Source: Eledone cirrhosa (lineage: Eukaryota). From it: a stretch of 64,000 nt of DNA. The stretch spans positions 54,374,001 to 54,438,000 of the forward strand of contig OZ024742.1 of the NCBI GenBank assembly GCA_964016885.1, read 5' to 3'. Made by a program: the position numbers and the translations under genes. The notes under the pieces are model-generated. The model was not told the origin of the DNA. It did no database searches and saw nothing but the letters and a program-made list of their open reading frames with translations. Shown one piece after another: positions 30,450-44,169 of this stretch (the first letter of the stretch is position 1; each line of letters begins with the position of its first letter).

Positions 30450-30845
30450 AATGGCGTGCTGCGTGGTTGCACATGGGTTACATATGAATAAAATTAGTCC
30501 TTCATCAGTGATCTTCCAACCTTCATTGGTATTTCTTCGCTTTAAAGATCATATACGTCTAGTAGGTGCGAGTAATAACTAAAGAAAGTTATTGGGACAC
30601 GTAAATAGGGTGAAGCGAGTGAGACATGTAAACAAGCATAGATGGTAATGCAACGGAAAGAGAGGAAGAGAAGAGACAAGTCCGTGATATCTATGAACTT
30701 AAGCTCGGTGAAATCATAAACGAGAGGTAAAGACCATCCGACCTGGGCGAGATGTGAGCGAGAAAAGGATATATATATATATATATAAAATTAACAGATT
30801 AAAGTTTAAGCAAAGAATCGCTGCTTTCACCCTTAACGGGATCTG

Positions 30846-30896
30846 AGTTTCAGAAGATCCAGTTAAGGGTGAAAGCAGCGATTCTTTGCTTAAACT
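30846..30896 (+). ncRNA. HHR-like motif (CAGAAGA core) in a mini-palindrome (30787-30898)
   Basis: AGTTT-CAGAAGA-TCCa..GGGT-GAAA-GCAG..TTGC-TT-AAACT. Confidence 0.5.
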
Positions 30897-30916
30897 TTAT
30901 ATATATATATATATAT

Positions 30917-30968
<52 letters not shown>

Positions 30969-31142
30969 ATAATAATAAATTTAAAGACTAAAATCCAAAG
31001 AGGGCTCGATAAGGATAAATATATATCAAATCTGTTATTTGAATAAATATATATATATTCCATTTAAAAAATCAACTTTTTAAATGGAAGTTGAAGTTGT
31101 AAGGTATGTCAAATCTATCTATTTATAAGACTGTTTATATTG

Positions 31143-31208
31143 TATTTTGTCTGATGAAGGCATACCATATTTTTAATATGATATCCCTGAAATATATATA
31201 ATGAAATA
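31143..31208 (+). ncRNA. Type I hammerhead ribozyme, same family as 9567-9632
   Basis: TATTTTGT-CTGATGA-AGG..CCT-GAAA-TATATA-TA-ATGAAATA. Confidence 0.75.
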
Positions 31209-31248
31209 AATATGGTTTTATAAATATAGTTTCCATTTATTTAATATC

Positions 31249-31282
<34 letters not shown>

Positions 31283-31382
31283 TATATATTTATATATTTC
31301 CAATCTATTCAATGTGTTTGTGTGTATATATGTGTATATATGTCTGTGTCTAAGTGTGTAAGGCGGAGGAGCGGGACGTTTC

Positions 31383-31425
<43 letters not shown>

Positions 31426-31722
31426 GAATATATATTTATATAATGGGTGCGGGTGTTCACAATTTCATCTATAGTAAACTCAAACATACTTATCTAAACA
31501 AATTACATAGTGCATATGTTTAGTTTGAATAGTTACATAGGTCAGGCAATGACGAAGAAGTCTAGTCCATTGTCCCATGTTAGTAACTAGCAAACAAACA
31601 TTATTGCTGGCGGACAGAGACCGATCGATAGAACAATCTATTGCCCATTTCATTGTATGAATTCACATCATCACAGATCATATATAATAGAGATTCTGTT
31701 TGCTTTTTACAATATATATATA

Positions 31723-31772
<50 letters not shown>

Positions 31773-32023
31773 ATATGTATAGATATATAATATATATTTA
31801 TAATCTATATATATATGTGTGTGTATATATATATATATAAATATATAAATATCTTTGTGTGTGTGTTCATTTATATATATATACACACACACACATATAT
31901 ATAAAGATATGACTCCAGTTCCCCAGTGAATTAACAACCCAACAAGGAACTGGGCATATCAGAGTATTGACAATATCATACACCTAAACAACATATGTAC
32001 TTGTCTATACCATACTAATTCAA

Positions 32024-32078
32024 ACTGCCTGAAGAGGTCACAGCCAAAGATGGCTGTCACTGAAATATATATAGCAGT
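32024..32078 (+). ncRNA. Type I hammerhead ribozyme in a 300-bp unit between TA tracts
   Basis: ACTGC-CTGAAGA-GGTcACAGCCA/aaga/TGGCTGTcACT-GAAA-TATATA-TA-GCAGT. Confidence 0.85.
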
Positions 32079-32219
32079 AATAAACGAAGCTAAATTTTAA
32101 TCATTTGACTTTTATTTAACTTTATTTTACACTACTCCGGAGTAACCAAACCAACCTGCGCACTTCGTCGAGTGCTCCAGCCTGCATACTGAGGTGTTGG
32201 TATACAACCAACATAAACT

Positions 32220-32274
<55 letters not shown>

Positions 32275-32321
32275 ATTCAAGAAAGAAGAGTGACATGGTT
32301 CGCTATACAATAAGGGCTTTA

Positions 32322-32444
32322 TTCACATTGCTGACAATTGTTTCTTTGATCTGGCAGGTCTAGAGTTCGCTATCCGCCTGATTATGCGCCAATCGATCCC
32401 CAATACTTTGTTTATAACCAGTCGTTTTCATCGGAGCGGGTGAA
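32322..32444 (-). ncRNA. Degenerate HHR-like motif with long stem II
   Basis: TTCAC..GCT-CCGATGA...GAAA-CAATTG-TC-AGC..GTGAA; base of stem II unpaired. Confidence 0.3.
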
Positions 32445-35400
32445 ATGAACAAGATACATAAGGCATGGTTTTTATATAGGTGTGGTATTAAACCAGAACA
32501 ATAATATCAATGATAAAATAAAATAACTACATAGCAGACAATTAAAATAATAACATCAATATAAGTCAGAGATAGAGTATAATGAAGAATCTAGCATGTT
32601 AAACAGACTGATATGATACAGATGTATGGAATTGACGTGTGAAAACTGCTATAGGGTACATTAGATATAGTGATGGGGTAGCGACTGTGTCGTTATAGGC
32701 GGGGGCTAATCCGTCGCAAGCGTCGCTTTATTTGTTGATTTAATTGTTAACTTATTACATCACGTTTTCTTCGAAGAGATATTCTATATGAAATATTTAG
32801 ACTGTTTTCTGGTGAACGAATTTGTACATTCGACATAGGCTTAATTTCATACGAAAACTAATTATCTTTTGATAACATAGCTTGTCCGGTAATCGATGTA
32901 TCTAAAATTAAGCTTTAATCATTTTGTATGTATGCAGTTTGAAGAAGCCTTACAATTAAATCTATTTATTCCTAATGATGGAATTTGAGTTTTCTTTAAT
33001 GATTTCATCCTGATGCAATGGTGAAAAAGAATAATATTCACTTCTTTTAATAATCTGAATTTGAAATCTATAGTTGGTTGGGTGTATCATCTTTTTAATT
33101 TCTATAGGATAACAATGACCATAATTTAGGAATCATAGCTATTCTTTTCAGTGAAACCTAATAATATCTGATATTGTGTGTTTTATCTCATCAATATTAT
33201 TTTATTATGTACATAGAATACGTTTAAGTAGATAGGCTTGCTAACATTTCAACATACTATATCAATTAATATACCTTTGTGCGTGTCTGTGCGAGATTTT
33301 GTGTGTATTTTGTGTGCATTTGTTTATATGACTAGAATATAATCCTAATTATTTTAATTTATAATTTATTCTTAAGTTTAAAAAATTATAGTCGATAAAC
33401 CTCATCTCAATCAATATAGTGTTAATTACAATATCATTTAAACTTGGAAAATACTTACACTGGATGTAATACATAATTTGCATCTTGAATTAATGAATCT
33501 GGATTCGTAAAAAAATAATTAGAGAATATTGAACAACTGCTACTATATATAACAGTGGATAGGTGCGAAATTGTAGAATAGGAAATCCATAGCGACAACA
33601 ATTCATTCACTTTAGGTGTTTGGTTTTACGGGTTGAATTACAACAGGAAGCAAGGTGATAACATCGGTTCCATTTGTAAGTAGAACTTCATTTGTTCCTA
33701 GGTCATCACATGTCAATTCCACAGTTCACTAAGGAACTACTTTCAATTATTAAATATCAATATAGCACATTAAATCCTTTATACATACACACAGTCTCAC
33801 ACAATCACACACTCGCACATACATACACACACGCATAACCCACACACACATATATATGTATATATGTATGTATAATCGTCCGGTATTTTAAAAATATATG
33901 GCGCAAGGGAAGTGAGTACGTCCTTGCATATTTCTTGCAACATAATTGAATAACGAAATAACATCTTTAAGATATGTACCAAACTCAAAATAAAAGATAC
34001 ATCTTATATTCGATATGGACAACAAAATCACTTTAATGGCGGCAGTCTCATGGAAGTAGGCAATAAAGAAAAAAAAATTACTCATATATGTGAATGTGTA
34101 TATGTGATGTTATTGTTGTGTATTTGCAGCATTTCTTCGTACATGTGAATTAATTACTCTTATAACACGCCGTTTTTTGTAAGGATTCCCAGCAATTAAT
34201 TCCCAACTGAAATGTGTTTTATACCATCACCTTCGTTTTATATCCCCCCCCCCCCCTCGAATTTGACTTTCATTTGTCAGAATTTAATTTCGGTAAAGGG
34301 TTAACACAATTTATCTTTGTTTTATTTTCTTTTATATGAGAAGTTATTCGGAAACTAGAAATTAGTTTTGATAATTTTATGTCCATTTGCCTTAATTACA
34401 TTGTGTTGGAATATTTGTAATTTTGTTAAAACACTTACAGATTATATCTTTGTACATAATATGTGAAAATTACCGTACGTCACATATATCGTGTATTGGT
34501 TTCATGTGGAATTTGTTAGAGAAAAATTTATGTTATATTTAGACATACATAAACAGAGGATACACATTATAATCTGTTTTCCTCTTACTAAAAAAATATG
34601 TGTTGAGTTATTGCTACTTAGGTGTTCAAGCATATGTTTGTAACGTTACATTAATATTTTGGTATATATGTTTATGCAAAGCTGAGTGCACATGTTTGAA
34701 TACAATATACTATTGTTTATGCATAATCACTCTAGTTTGATCTTGTAAAAATGCATCATCAATAATTCATGATAGTATGTATGATTATATTTCTTATTTT
34801 GTTTCTAATTTCTTCCTTCTGTATCTGTATCCAATATTCTTACACTTTGGTTCAATATATGTATATAATTTCGCTTCTGCTTTTAAATTCGTATATATAG
34901 ATTTAATGTTGACCTCGTAGGTCATCTATTTGCCTATCAGATTTACTTTATTAATTCAGTGACATGCACCGTGCAAAGATAGGGAATATATTATATTAGC
35001 TGTCAGAGTAAGTACTGCATACTTTGTGAGAGGTGGAGCAGTTTAAAATACTTGTTATGTTCGTGTAATCCTTCAATATATGTATTTGTTTTTCAATTTA
35101 ACTTTCAGATAATTTTGTTTGCCTATCTATACCAAAGAGTATGTTTGAAGTAGAATTCGCATATTTATATTTATGCAGAGAAAATAATTCGTTAATTAAT
35201 TTAGCGGATGTGAATCGTAAACTGACACTCATACCAAAATATCTATTTGCACGTTTCGAATTATCAACTCAGTCTTATTCCTTATATCGTGATAAAGTTC
35301 CAATCTACATCAAATTTGTGAAGGCACCATGGTGACCAAAAGATGCACTAGTTAACTGAATACTTTTTACAATGAAAGCTGCAATGATTTTGAAGCAATA

Positions 35401-35521
35401 TTTAGTTGTTGCGGTTATTGATGTAGCCTTCGTCTCGTATATATTCACAGACGTTCAATTGATCTCCAGAAGCTTAATTTGTCATACTTCGTCCCTCTTG
35501 ATAATGTTCACCATGTTTAAA

Positions 35522-35554
<33 letters not shown>

Positions 35555-35608
35555 TGTATGTATGTATGTATGTATGTATGTATGTATGTATGTATGTATG
35601 TATGTATG

Positions 35609-36215
35609 TCAGGTCACCAGTTGGTGCTACTGGTAACATGTATCCCAGTACAACCTGTCTCATGGTCGGGTCGTTAGCGACAAAACTGGCAACCCCACCA
35701 AGGTTTCTTGGTGAGGAGGGTGACTTTGGACATCCTGCAGGACTAAAAACAAAACCTGTCTAAGGGCAAAGGAGCTCTTAAGAGTCAATGGCCATCCAAA
35801 ATCACCGGGAGAGATGACCCCTTAGCCTTTGTCAAGGCAGAATTCTAGGAGAAGGAAAACTCTGATATAACACCTGCAACCCTGATGGTATGCAATGATG
35901 TTGACTTGTTCCTCTTTTTGGTAAATATCATCTTGGTTAATAGAGTGGGACTGGCTTTGTGCAGTTCCTTTGCTCACTATAAATGCTTCACGGCACAGGC
36001 ATTGCTTTATATCTGGAGATCTCTCTGCACTTGTCGTCACATGGTACCATGGGCCCAGCATTGTGTGTCAGTAATTGTCACAAGTGTAGTGTTTGTACCA
36101 GAGTTTTCAAGTCACTGGCTGGACTAAAAATCACACTCGTTCAGCGCATCGGTAGGGGTTCTCCTACATGGATATAAAATAGTGGCCGCACTCGAAAACG
36201 AGTTGGCAGCCACCA
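35609..36215 (+). mobile_element. Non-autonomous RTE-derived element (5' UTR joined to 3' end) in (TATG)n
   Basis: RTE-like GGAGAAGGAAAACTCTGA; C-terminal finger CSVCTRVFKSLAGLKxHxxSAH; terminal hairpin GTGGC..GCCAC then TATG; second copy at 40063. Confidence 0.7.
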
Positions 36216-36232
36216 TGTATGTATGTATGTAT

Positions 36233-36490
36233 GTGCAGTGCCTTTGCTCACTACAAAAGCTTCACGGCACAGACATTGCTTTATATCTGGAGATCTCTCT
36301 GCACTTGTCGTCACATGGTAACATGGGCCCAGCACTATGTGTCAGTAATTGTCACAAGTCTAGTGTTTGTACCAGAGTTTTCAAGTCGCTGGCTGGACTA
36401 AAAAGTCACACTTGTTCAGCGCATCAGTAGGGGTTCTTGTACATGGATATAAAGTAGTGGCCGTACTCGAAAACGAGTTGGCAGCCACCA
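36233..36490 (+). mobile_element. 5'-truncated tandem copy of the same element
   Basis: Repeats about 35959-36215 after a short TATG tract. Confidence 0.8.
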
Positions 36491-36572
36491 TGTATGTATG
36501 TATGTACGTATATATGTATGTATGTATATATGTATGTATATCTATATTTCTATATATCTATCTATCTGTCTA

Positions 36573-36676
<104 letters not shown>

Positions 36677-39477
36677 CATTTACACACACATAGAAACATT
36701 GAAACCTTTCGCCCTCCACCAAACGTGAACCTAATATAACTGTACAATGCCTTTTCTGTTTCGTTCGTTCATTTTCAACTATACATATATACATTCAGAT
36801 ATAACTTCTATGCACAGACCTAACAGAATGAACTCAGAAATATTTAAAGTAAAATATCACCGTACCCCACACTAATTAATCATATAACATGCGTAGCCAC
36901 ACACGGTCGTCTATACTCTAGCCACATACAGCCGTCATCACTGTAGCCACACGCGACTGTCCACCAAACAATAAAAGTCTGTAGACATCTAACGGCATCT
37001 TAAAATATGTCAAGTGAGATGCATGCTGCCATTTTCTAAACACATATCATACCAAAGTGTTAATTCTTTCCAAGGAAATTATATTCATAAGCTATGGGGA
37101 ATTCAGGAGCATTTTAATAGGTACCTGTTATCACATATATTAATTTATTTATCAAATTGTATATATTTATGATCCCTATTATATAATTCATTATACACAA
37201 ACCCTATTACAAAGCATATCAATAAGTCATTTATTAATTTATAATTCAGCCATTACAATTCAGCCATGACCGCAATATTAAGTCGTGGAAGATAAGGTAA
37301 GGCTGAAATGATTTTTTAGTGTGGTCCTTACATGCAGGATGTAGCCATTGATAAGGGAATCTATTTCATCCTCTTGTAGCGTTATGTGTTTTATTCCACT
37401 GCAAAAATTGTTAAACGATAATTCACTTAATTATATTTCATGCTATTGGGACCTGAAATAGCTGTGATATTTTTGGTTTAAAAACAACGTTTCAACGTTA
37501 TAAGGAATAAAATAAAAGCAAACGAAAATTACGACAAGAGCTAATATAATCTTTTATATTTTAGATGAAACAATACAACAAAACTTAACAACAAATTCCC
37601 AGGTTCCCTTTGCAGCACATATCTTTTTTTGCATAATTATCTGATGTAGATTTCGTAACAAAAACAAGTTCGCTTGTAATGCAAATTAATTTAATGTGAA
37701 AAACCTTAATTTAGGCATAAACTCTTTGGATGAATTTTTAAAATAAAAATCTGTATAACGTAGAAATACGAGGGTTTTGAATTTATTGGTTTCATTTATG
37801 TAATAGCATTGAAGTGTATTCACTTCTCTTTTTGTTCTGCTTGCATAATGTTTTAGAAAATGCCTTTATCTACATAAAGCGATTTTGAGCAAAATGACAA
37901 ATAATCTATCATATTATGTACAAACATTTACTATCTCGAAAATACTTATTTCTTTCAATGCAAATTTTATGCATCCATACAACATTAAATTAAATTTAAA
38001 AAAAACCCATAAAATCTTCGTAAATATGAGAAATTTGAATATTATCAGTTTATACTATGTTACAAATTCGAAGTTCTTCTTTTGTATGTTTTGCTGGCAT
38101 TCTTATCCGGGAATATATTTGTGTCAGATTAAAGGGATCCGTCTCAAAACATCAAATGTTTTACTATCTCATCCATACAAATTATACTTCATTAATTTTT
38201 TATATCCTCCAGTGACTTTAAATGTCATTATAGAATTCATAATAAATAGATAAAAAAATAAAATATATTATCTAAGAAAATATTTCGAAATACATCGTTT
38301 TCAATGAATACATTATATTGCATAACGAAAAAGAGAACATTGTATAAATACCCGTTGATGAACTTTGTGTTTTCCTATTTCATTCAAATCTATCTATTAA
38401 CATGTTTCTTTAGAATGATTCTAGCGTCTTTAGAATGGATTGAGTTTATGTTCCTTCAATAAATTTCTAGATAAAATTTAGAAAGAATAACTTTGATAAA
38501 GAAATAATTTAAATGGTTTTTATTGAATGTTTTCTAACATCACACCACACCGAACTTATAATATTTTACAACTAAACAGATTCACTTAAATAATATATCT
38601 CAAAAGGCATGTACATACGTAGATGCGGACATACACTCATACAAATATCAATAGATACACAGGACTCAATGTTCGTAACCATAATGACTAATTCCCCCTC
38701 AAATCACGTACATCGTCCTTAGAAGGAAGTCAGCTTTGTGTTTCATGTATATAGCACTCATTACGCCCATAATTAGACGTCCAAATCTGCCTGCATATAA
38801 TGGTAATAACTGTAGTATTTATATGTAAACAAATTTTAACATCGAATTGTGAGTAAAGAAAATCATGTGCTTTATACCCCGAAAAATAAAGTGCCTATTT
38901 GAAAATATATTATAAATATACTATGCTAGAAGTATATGGAAGATCGGGGATTGACAGTTTAGTTCATAGGTAGGTTTAACAACAAAAAGAAGAAAAAAAA
39001 GGAAAAAATACAATATATCATTCAATGTACAGTTAACTTCATATTATTAGCATGTATGCAATTAGTATATAGTTAAAATTTACATTAGGAGATTTTAGAA
39101 TTATTCCCATCGTGTTTCTGTGTATAACCCAATCACAAGGATCACATATGTCAATCATATGCTGTTTGATCAAATATAATTTTAACGCAGGCGTACTATT
39201 CGCTTCTTTATATTATTCCACAGAAAGGAGATATAATTCCCCTGCATTCTATGTTTCAATCATCGCAAGAGTAGAGTATAGATCCTGATATAGGAGAGCA
39301 GAATCTAGTAAATAAGGCACTTTTCCGGATAAAAAATCAAATCATCAATCAAATGTTCTATCATGAGGTGAAAATCTGTTGGTGCCGGTACATCTAATTT
39401 AGATGTATCAGTGAATTCTCGGACTATTTTAACTCTTTGTCATCATAGATTGTTTTCTACGCCTTTATAAATAAAAT

Positions 39478-39720
39478 ATCTCTATATATAAAACTGATGT
39501 CGTCTGTGTGTGTGTGTCCCCTCATTTTTGCAAAGTCTACACAAATTCACATTTCTACTCCGATTGACTTCAAACTTGCATTTATATATTCCTTGCGGTC
39601 TAATGATATTAACTGCAGCTTTTATTTTTCAAGTTTCTGTTGTTAAAGGGGTGTTAGGCGCCGGTTATCCATCTCCGTCGCGTTCTTATATTATCTGTCT
39701 GTATGTCTGGCTGTCTGCAT
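39478..39720 (+). mobile_element. Probable 5' end of a non-autonomous Helitron
   Basis: TCTATATATAAAACTGATGTCGTCTGTGTGTG..CCGATTGACTTCAAACTT pattern. Confidence 0.45.
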
Positions 39721-39739
39721 TACGACATTCTGACGAACA

Positions 39740-39942
39740 TTGATGACGTATTATGTTCGCTATTTTCCGTTCATTGCCAGGGAACGTCTTCACGAACCAA
39801 AGTATCGTCTTCCTGCTGTCCTTCGGTTACAACGTTTTTCGAAATATTTACTTCTGCGTTCACAGATTGATGTTTTTAGTTTCAGAAGATCCCGTTAAGG
39901 GTGAAAGCAACGATTCTTTGCTTAAACTTTAATCTGTTATTT
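39740..39942 (+). mobile_element. Diverged 3' terminal fragment of the 42-45 kb PLE family, HHR-like motif at 39878-39928
   Basis: Homologous to about 45255-45455. Confidence 0.75.
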
Positions 39943-40062
39943 TAATCTATATATGTATATATATACAAAACTGAGGAAGGATGTATGTATGTATGTATGT
40001 ATGTATGTATGTATGTATGTATGTATGTATGTATGTATGTATGTATGTATGTATGTATGTAT

Positions 40063-40670
40063 GTCAGGTCACCAGCTTGTGCTACTGGTAACATGTATCC
40101 CAGTACAACCTGTCTCATGGTCGGGTCGTTGGCGACTAAACTGGCAACCCCACCAAGGTTTCTTGGTGAGGAGGGTGACTTTGGACATCCTGCAGGACTA
40201 AAAACAAAACCTGTCAAAGGGCAAGGGAGCTCTTAAGACTCAATAGCCATCCAAAATCACCCGGAGAGATGACCCCTTAGCCTTTGTCAAGGCAGAATTC
40301 TAGGAGAAGGAAAACTCTGATATAACACCTGCAACCCTGATGGTATCCAATGATGTTGACTTGTTCTTCTTTATGGTAAATATCATCTTGGTTAAGAGAG
40401 TGGGACTGGCTTTGTGCAGTGCCTTTGCTCACTATAAAAGCTTAACGGCACAGGCATTGCTTTATATCTGGAGATCTCTCTGCACTTGTCGTCACATGGT
40501 ACCATGGGCCCAGCACTATGTGTCAATAATTGTCACATGTGTAGTGTTTGTACCAGAGTTTTCAAGTCGCTGGCTGGACTAAAAAGTCACACTCGTTCAG
40601 CACATCGGTAGGGGTTCTCCTACATGGATATAAAGTAGTGGCCATACTCGAAAACGAGTTGGCAGCCACC
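40063..40670 (+). mobile_element. Second full copy of the non-autonomous RTE-derived element
   Basis: Near-identical to 35609-36215, same ends, preceded by (TATG)n. Confidence 0.8.
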
Positions 40671-40699
40671 ATGTATGTAGATATATATATATATGTATG

Positions 40700-41620
40700 T
40701 AATTGGACATCAGTAAAATCGAATCTCTGGCGGTTTGCAAGTAAATTCGGCCTACTTATATGAAGTGATGAGTTAGCAAAGCACTCGATAAGATAGGTCT
40801 CAGAGTTATAACATACGTTTAAATATCTTGACAAATCGAACATTGTGGTAGGCTAAACTAACACACAATATATACCAAAGTAACGATAAAACTAATCAGG
40901 TTGAGAAAAATAGACCTGGACAAATCAAACGGGCGTTTGAAATGTTTCTCTGACTCCGAAATCAAATATCAGACTTACTTGAATGGCAAGGTCATGGTAT
41001 TGATGACTGAACAGAGGACTCAGTTGATCAACATGTTTTCGTTCTGCTTAGAATCAGGAGTGATAAAATATGTTGCTGCTCTTGTGGCTGCTAATCGAAT
41101 CTATAGTTGTCACGTGTTAATTACGGCAAGGGAAATAACCCCTGGTTTTTGGTGGGTCATTCAAATGCTAGCGAATGGAAATATTTTAATTTCCGCTAAT
41201 CATCATGATAAGCTCTCGACTAGATGTTATAAAACTAACACAAATAATTAACCAATCAAGAGAATTTTCCAATTAAATTAATTGGTTAATTATTAAATCT
41301 AGGAGATTAATATAATTGGAAATCAGTAAAATCGAATCTCTGGCGGTTTGCAAGTAAATTCGGCCTAATTATATGAAGTGATGAGTTAGCAAATCACTCG
41401 ATAAGATAGGTCTCAGAGTTATAACATACGTTTAAATAGCTTGACAAATCGAACATTGTGGTAGGCTAAACACACAATATGTACCAAAGTAACGATAAAA
41501 CTAATCAGGTTGAGAAAAATAGACCTGGACAAATCAAACGGGCGTTTGAAATGTTTCTCTGACTCCGAAATCAAATATCAGACTTACTTGAATGGCAAGG
41601 TGATGGTATTGGTGACTGAA
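40700..41620. repeat. Partial tandem duplication, period about 613 bp
   Basis: 40700-41010 repeated at about 41313-41620. Confidence 0.85.
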
Positions 41621-41806
41621 TATATATGTATGTATGTAGATTTATATATATATGTATATATATTTATATATATATGTATGTATGTATATTTTTATATATA
41701 TGTATGTATGTATATTTATATATATATGTATGTATGTATATTTATATATATATGTAGATTTATATATAGATATATATGTATGTATATTTATATATATATA
41801 TATATG

Positions 41807-41845
<39 letters not shown>

Positions 41846-41960
41846 ATTTATATATATATATGTTTGTATATATATATAATATATATATATATATATAATA
41901 TATATATATAATATATATATATATATATAATATATATATATAATATATATATATATAATA

Positions 41961-44140
41961 TAGTAATAATAATAAAATTGAAGACTAAAATCCAAAGAGG
42001 GCTCGATAAGGAAAATATATATCAAATATATAAGAACCGTAGAGCAAATATTTATTAAAATAACAGATTAAAGTTTAAGCAAAGAATCACTGCTTTCACC
42101 CTTAACGGGATCTTCTGAAACTAACAAAGTCAATCTGTAAACGCAGAACTGGATATTTCAAAAAACGTTGCAACTGGAGGAAGACAGGAAGACGATACTT
42201 TGGTTCGTGGTAACGTTCGCTGGCAAAGAACGGGAAAAAAACGAATAATACGTCATTAATAGGAGCGGTGAAAAACAATTACGCGCAAAGACAAAACCAC
42301 GTTTATGGTATAAAAGAGGAGGTCGTAGACTAATGTTCTCTTAGGTGGTGCATAGAGACGTTCTCTGGCAATGAACGAAAAAACGAAGATAATAAGTCAT
42401 ATGTGGAGCGTGGAGAACAATAGCACGCAAAGACAAAACCACGTAAATAGTATAGCAGAAATCGTAGACTAAAATTCTAACTAGGAGACCAAATGAATCT
42501 CCGCCACAGAGTTAAAAACAAAGTAAATAAATATAATACAGAAGTAATAGAAACAAATAAATACATACACACAAACAGATACGTACATACACAAGCATAC
42601 GCAAAACCTTACCATGGGTATACAAAACCACGCACATATAAATATGTGTGTGTGTGTGTATGCTTGTGTACAAATAAATAAATAATTATATAAACGTATG
42701 TAAGTAAATAAATACGTATATAACAAGCGCACACGCATACCTACATATAAATACACGAATGTTCGCAGACGTAAGTCAACTAAAACAAGAAGTACACATA
42801 TACGCACACCCACCATACGTACGAACCTGCACACTCACGCGGACGCAAAACTCCCGTATACACATAGCCAAACCCTAAATACCAGAATATGTAAAAATTA
42901 TACGCTATAACAGTCAAATATACGTACGAAAAGGTATACATACCTTCACAAAACATACGGGTAATGTATACTTACCTATGCAAATAAGTATGCAAATAAG
43001 TATGCATATAAGTATTCAAATAGGTAAAGGAATAAACAAAACATATACTTAGCTCCCTCATCAAGACGTAAAATATCCACGTATAGATCGTGCTATCCGT
43101 TAGGGTATAACGTGGGGCTGTAATACAGGAAAGTTTTGTGCAATTTATGTTTACAAGCCGAAATTGCCTCAGATTTTTTGTTTAAGATGTGGTCTGTAGC
43201 GTAGAGTATTTGCAGGGCCTCGGCGGCGCAGAGGTCATATGGTCTTTTATTTCCGTTATACGATCTAGCCCTAGCTAGGATCTCCCAGTGTTACTTATAT
43301 TGGGTGTGGTTGTCTTTTAGACTCCAGATATAAGCTGAAAGTGACGTCATATTCCTTCTAAGAGGGTAACGAAAAGAATGGGTATGCATGTAAAGACGCT
43401 GCTTGAAACTATTGGCGGTTAACCCTATGTAGTCCCTACGGGACGTGGGTGTTACAACCTTACATTTGTAGACAATGTTACTAGAGAGGCATTTCCCGGA
43501 TAGGGGGCAATCAGCCCGATACCTACAATTACAGTTAGTACTAACTACAGGGTTGCACGTGTTCCTACGGCTAGGTAGTTTAGCTAAATTTGAAGCTGTG
43601 ATGTTATGTGCAAGGTTAGGAGTCGTAGGGTAAGAAATTTTAATAGTATTTCTATTAAAAATTTTACTATATTTATGTGTAGGGGGAAAATGCTTCGTAA
43701 TAAGGGAAAGAAAGATCTTAGCTAATGGTGTGGCCACCTCCATATTATATGGTGGGTTAAACCAACAAATGCGACGGGATCTATTTCTTCTAGGTCTATT
43801 TTCGTACTCTGTATATGCTACCTTATCGACAAATCCACTTCGAGCAGGAGCTTCATTGTAATAAGTGGAATGGTCGTTGAAAATGCGCTCGTTGGTGGAA
43901 AGAGGAGAAAGCCTCAACGAAACGTTTCTTACCAGGTTCTTGGTTATGCTGGCAGGATGGTTGGAATGCTTACTTATGTAATTAAGCGTATCATTCGGAT
44001 TTCTAGACGGGTAATACAACCCATTCAATAAATTGAGGGTAACGTCGAGGTAATTAACAACCGAGAGATTGGCCTCAACCTGTATAAGAAAGCTGTGAGT
44101 TCTTTTCTGAACCTGTCGCAAGCACGAGGTCCGCACTTAG
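41961..44140 (-). mobile_element. Young 5'-truncated PLE (thumb, CNCRYRADCPLSGKCL, GIY-YIG) with about 1.1 kb 3' UTR/pLTR
   Basis: ORF 43291-44136: VNYLDVTLNL, WFNPPY, IVYKCKV..YIGLTANSFKQRLYMH. Confidence 0.9.
42072..42122 (-). ncRNA. HHR-like motif (CAGAAGA core) at PLE 3' end; further copies 45391-45441 (+) and 45546-45596 (-)
   Basis: AGTTT-CAGAAGA-tCCC/gttaa/GGGt-GAAA-GCAG..TTGC-TT-AAACT. Confidence 0.55.
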
Positions 44141-44169
44141 TCATGGTCAAAAGACCATCGTGACGGTAC

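Noticed and set aside
30460-30515. CTGATGA on the minus strand (30502-30508) as an HHR
   Set aside because: No closing stem II or GAAA found downstream
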